From assembly GCA_965237675.1 (NCBI GenBank), contig OZ250150.1, forward strand, positions 1,952,001-2,016,000: 64,000 nucleotides of DNA. The letters run 5' to 3'. The notes under the pieces were generated by a model. The model ran no database searches, was not told the DNA's origin, and saw only the letters and a list, made by a program, of their open reading frames with translations. The DNA is from Candidatus Latescibacterota bacterium (GTDB lineage Bacteria; Latescibacterota; UBA2968; GCA-2709665). Positions 61,350 through 64,000 of this stretch are shown piece after piece. The position numbers and the translations under genes were made by a program. Every line of letters begins with the position of its first letter. Within the stretch, counting starts at the first letter, position 1.

Positions 61350-63122
61350 ATGAAAATGAAGATCCGGATCGTCGCGGCCGCATTGGCCGCCACCGCGCCA
61401 TGGGCTCAGGCGCAAGAGGCCGGCGTCGACGACCTGTTGAAGGACATCAGCCGACGCATCGTGGCGGCGAAACGCGCACCGACGCCGGAGCGATCGATCG
61501 CGAATTGCTGGAACTCGGCAAGTGCCGTCTGTGTCTCCCGGCTGACGCTCCGGGCCGCAAAGATGTTCGGCGCGAGGTCCGATTGGGAATTGGAAATACG
61601 CGCCGGCGCGTTTGCAGCGGGCGCGGCGGCGCAAGCCGCACAGGGAAATGCGGCGGGTGCCAGGACGAGTTTCGATCTGGCGGTTGCGGCGGCCCGGACG
61701 GTCAAGAGTGGATCTGCACGGGTGCGCGCGTTGCGCAACGTCGCGTCCGTCCAGGCTGGAGCCGGGGAGGTCGACTACGCACGGGCCACCGCCACGTCTA
61801 TCCTCGATGTCCCGGGGCGGGTCGATGCGTTAATCGGGGTCGCGTCGGCATCGTCGAAGAAGGGAGATCTGAGTGCAGCCCTTGGAAGCTTCCGCCTGGC
61901 CGTCTCGACTGCCCGGTCGATTGGAGACCGAAATCTGCGGTCCCTGGGTCTGAACAAGGTCGTTATGGCCCAGGCGGCCGTCGGCTACACCGCGTCCGCG
62001 CGGGCGACCGCGCGGTCAATCGAAGACGTCGAGGGACGAATCGATGCGTTGATTCGTGTCGCGTCGGCATCGGTGAAGGCGGGCAGGGCCGGAGATGCCC
62101 CGGCAATATTTAACCTGGCGATCGAGGCGGCCGGATCCGTTGGAGACGGATACCGGCGAACCCTTGTGCTGGGAAAGATCGCGTGGGCCCAGGCGGAATC
62201 GGGCAACGATGGTGACGCCCGGATGACGCTCGACAGTGCTCTCGAAGCCTCGGGGCGCGGGATGGATATCCAAACTGCCGGGGCAGCGATTGCCGCACTG
62301 ACGGACGTTGACCCCCACGTGTTTATTCAGGTCGCAAACGCACAGATGAAGATGGGAGATCCGGACGGCGCGCGGCAGACCCTGGAACGGGCATTCGAAT
62401 CGGTCCGGGCGGATATGTCCACGTCGCAGATTAAATGGTTGTTTAACATCGCCTCCGCACGGACCGCGGCGGGCGACGCGGATGGCGCGCGGCAGACCAC
62501 AGACACCGCTGCCCAACGCCTCGCATCGGCGGCAGATGCCGATATCATTCAGAACCTGGCTTACCATATCGCGCCGGACCAACTCGATAAGCTGCTCGAA
62601 ATCGCCGGGTCGCTCACTTTTAAAGATACGGACGCGAAAAAAAACCTGGTCTATCATGTGGCGATGCGGCAGGCGCAGACAGGAGCGATCGAGCGCAGCC
62701 TCCACAACGCGCGTCGGATCCATCGCGCCTCGAGGAGGGACGCCGTTTTCAGCGAGATCGTAACCGCCCAGGCTGGGGCAGAGAAATTCACAGCTGCGAC
62801 GGCAACCGCCGAGTCAATCAATGATACCAATAAGAGGATCAGGGCATTTGTGGGGATAGGGCAAGCGCAGGCGCGGGCGGGCGACGTCGAGAAAGCCCGG
62901 AGGACCGTTGCTTTGGCGGCGGCCGAACGCGCGAGGGCGGCTCGGGGCGTGATCACCGCGTGGACCTTGACGGAACTGGCGGCGGCGCAGGTGGCTGCAG
63001 GCCGTGATGGCGACGCCAGGCGCACCGTGCGCGATGCACTTCTGAAACTCAGATCTGCCTCCCGACTTGCCCGCGCCACCTGGCTGCCGGGCATTCTGAA
63101 CGTCGTCCAAGAACTAAAATAG
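61350..63122 (+). CDS. Secreted Ala-rich alpha-solenoid (TPR-like) repeat protein
   Basis: Signal peptide ending AQA; repeats of the type ARSIxD...RxxAL..IAxAQAxAG. Confidence 0.75.
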   Translation: MKMKIRIVAAALAATAPWAQAQEAGVDDLLKDISRRIVAAKRAPTPERSIANCWNSASAVCVSRLTLRAAKMFGARSDWELEIRAGAFAAGAAAQAAQGNAAGARTSFDLAVAAARTVKSGSARVRALRNVASVQAGAGEVDYARATATSILDVPGRVDALIGVASASSKKGDLSAALGSFRLAVSTARSIGDRNLRSLGLNKVVMAQAAVGYTASARATARSIEDVEGRIDALIRVASASVKAGRAGDAPAIFNLAIEAAGSVGDGYRRTLVLGKIAWAQAESGNDGDARMTLDSALEASGRGMDIQTAGAAIAALTDVDPHVFIQVANAQMKMGDPDGARQTLERAFESVRADMSTSQIKWLFNIASARTAAGDADGARQTTDTAAQRLASAADADIIQNLAYHIAPDQLDKLLEIAGSLTFKDTDAKKNLVYHVAMRQAQTGAIERSLHNARRIHRASRRDAVFSEIVTAQAGAEKFTAATATAESINDTNKRIRAFVGIGQAQARAGDVEKARRTVALAAAERARAARGVITAWTLTELAAAQVAAGRDGDARRTVRDALLKLRSASRLARATWLPGILNVVQELK

Positions 63123-63182
63123 ACGAGGACTCCGGGTATGGAGACCTCCGTCGAATAGCGACAGTTTTTCAGATGTGAACAG

Positions 63183-63211
63183 AGACGCCTGGCAATAGGG
63201 CGTCTTTTTTT
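63183..63211 (+). terminator. Intrinsic terminator
   Basis: AGACGCCT / GGGCGTCT stem followed by a T tract. Confidence 0.7.
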
Positions 63212-63292
63212 CGAAGACTGACAGTTTGTGTTACGATGTGTGCTGTCAGCACCGATTTTGTGCATGACGTCATGCTTCCGGCACCTGGGATC

Positions 63293-63327
63293 AAAAAAAG
63301 CGGACGCCGACATATGTCGGCGTCCGC
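63293..63327 (-). terminator. Intrinsic terminator of the cold-shock gene
   Basis: Perfect 28-bp palindrome GCGGACGCCGACATATGTCGGCGTCCGC followed by T7 on the minus strand. Confidence 0.8.
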
Positions 63328-63353
63328 CTGCGCGTACAAAAGCTTCGTTGAAT

Positions 63354-63554
63354 CTATCGTTTGTTCACATTTGCCGCCTGGAGCCCCTTGGGACCCTCGA
63401 CGATTTCAAATTCGACCTCATCTCCCTCGGACAACGACTTGAAACCATCGCCCGAGATTGCCGAAAAATGCACGAACACGTCTTCTCCGCCGTCCTGCTC
63501 GATGAAACCAAAGCCCTTGGCGTCGTTGAACCACTTCACTCGACCGTCAGCCAC
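63354..63554 (-). CDS. Cold-shock protein (CspA family)
   Basis: [34 protein letters not shown]. Confidence 0.97.
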   Translation of the reverse strand: MADGRVKWFNDAKGFGFIEQDGGEDVFVHFSAISGDGFKSLSEGDEVEFEIVEGPKGLQAANVNKR

Positions 63555-63835
63555 CGCTTATTCACCACCTTTCTACCTTGAACTGAATGTGCAGACAATC
63601 AAAAAGGCAAGGACCGGAACTTCTGATCCTTGCCGAATCGTTTTTTTCGACTGCACAGGAGACAGAAACAGCGTCCTTCTATTTACAACAATGATATTTA
63701 AAGTTAATCCCTTCCACTTCGAATGTCAACTCCTTTTTTATGATATTCGTGAAATTTTTCGATGTCCCGCCCGGATCCGCCCGTTTTTACCGTCCGCAGT
63801 GGCGAACGAATAATCCCGGCCCATGCAGTTGCGCA

Positions 63836-63979
63836 TCAGTGTGTCGAACTGGAAAGATGCAGGCCGGTCACGCCGCCGATCGAGGGCCACAACCTGGCGA
63901 ATCCGTCCGAGAGTTTCATGCAGGTCGTGCCGGCGACTTCGAGGACGATGGCGAGAAAGAGAAAGTACCAGCTTGCCAT
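63836..63979 (-). pseudogene. Internally deleted SMR (EmrE/QacE-like) transporter, 47 aa
   Basis: Below the ORF-track cutoff. AAGGAG RBS; MASWYFLFLAIVLEVAGTTCMKLSDGFARLWPSI joined directly to GGVTGLHLSSSTH-stop. Confidence 0.8.
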
Positions 63980-64000
63980 GGAAGGATCTCCTTTAGGGTT

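Overview
GC-rich bacterial window, mostly catabolic and housekeeping genes. It carries three heparinase II/III-like lyases, a DUF6785-type membrane protein, iolD, an SDR, aminotransferases, an aconitase X pair, an enolase-family dehydratase, monomeric icd, long-form ilvC and a cold-shock gene. The gene mix resembles Latescibacterota/Poribacteria-type heterotrophs (inference only). Two visibly AT-richer accessory blocks stand out. The first (1-1650) holds a secreted protein that is missing from the ORF track. The second (about 8400-18040) holds a co-oriented operon HlyD - ABC exporter - 138-aa candidate precursor - CPBP/Abi protease - TPR protein - S8 subtilase fused to a DUF1611/TIGR04066-like P-loop domain. 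This is the best candidate for an undescribed peptide maturation/export system. Its hlyD gene is split by a 213-bp element flanked by TTAA, and exact removal restores the reading frame. The first block and the operon are each followed by a diverged copy of the same 66-bp IS3-like left end. Several small scars are also present (decapitated CPT-like kinase, ParE-like stub, internally deleted SMR gene), along with MITE/REP-like repeats. No rRNA, tRNA or CRISPR array was found. All family assignments come from motif recognition, not database searches.
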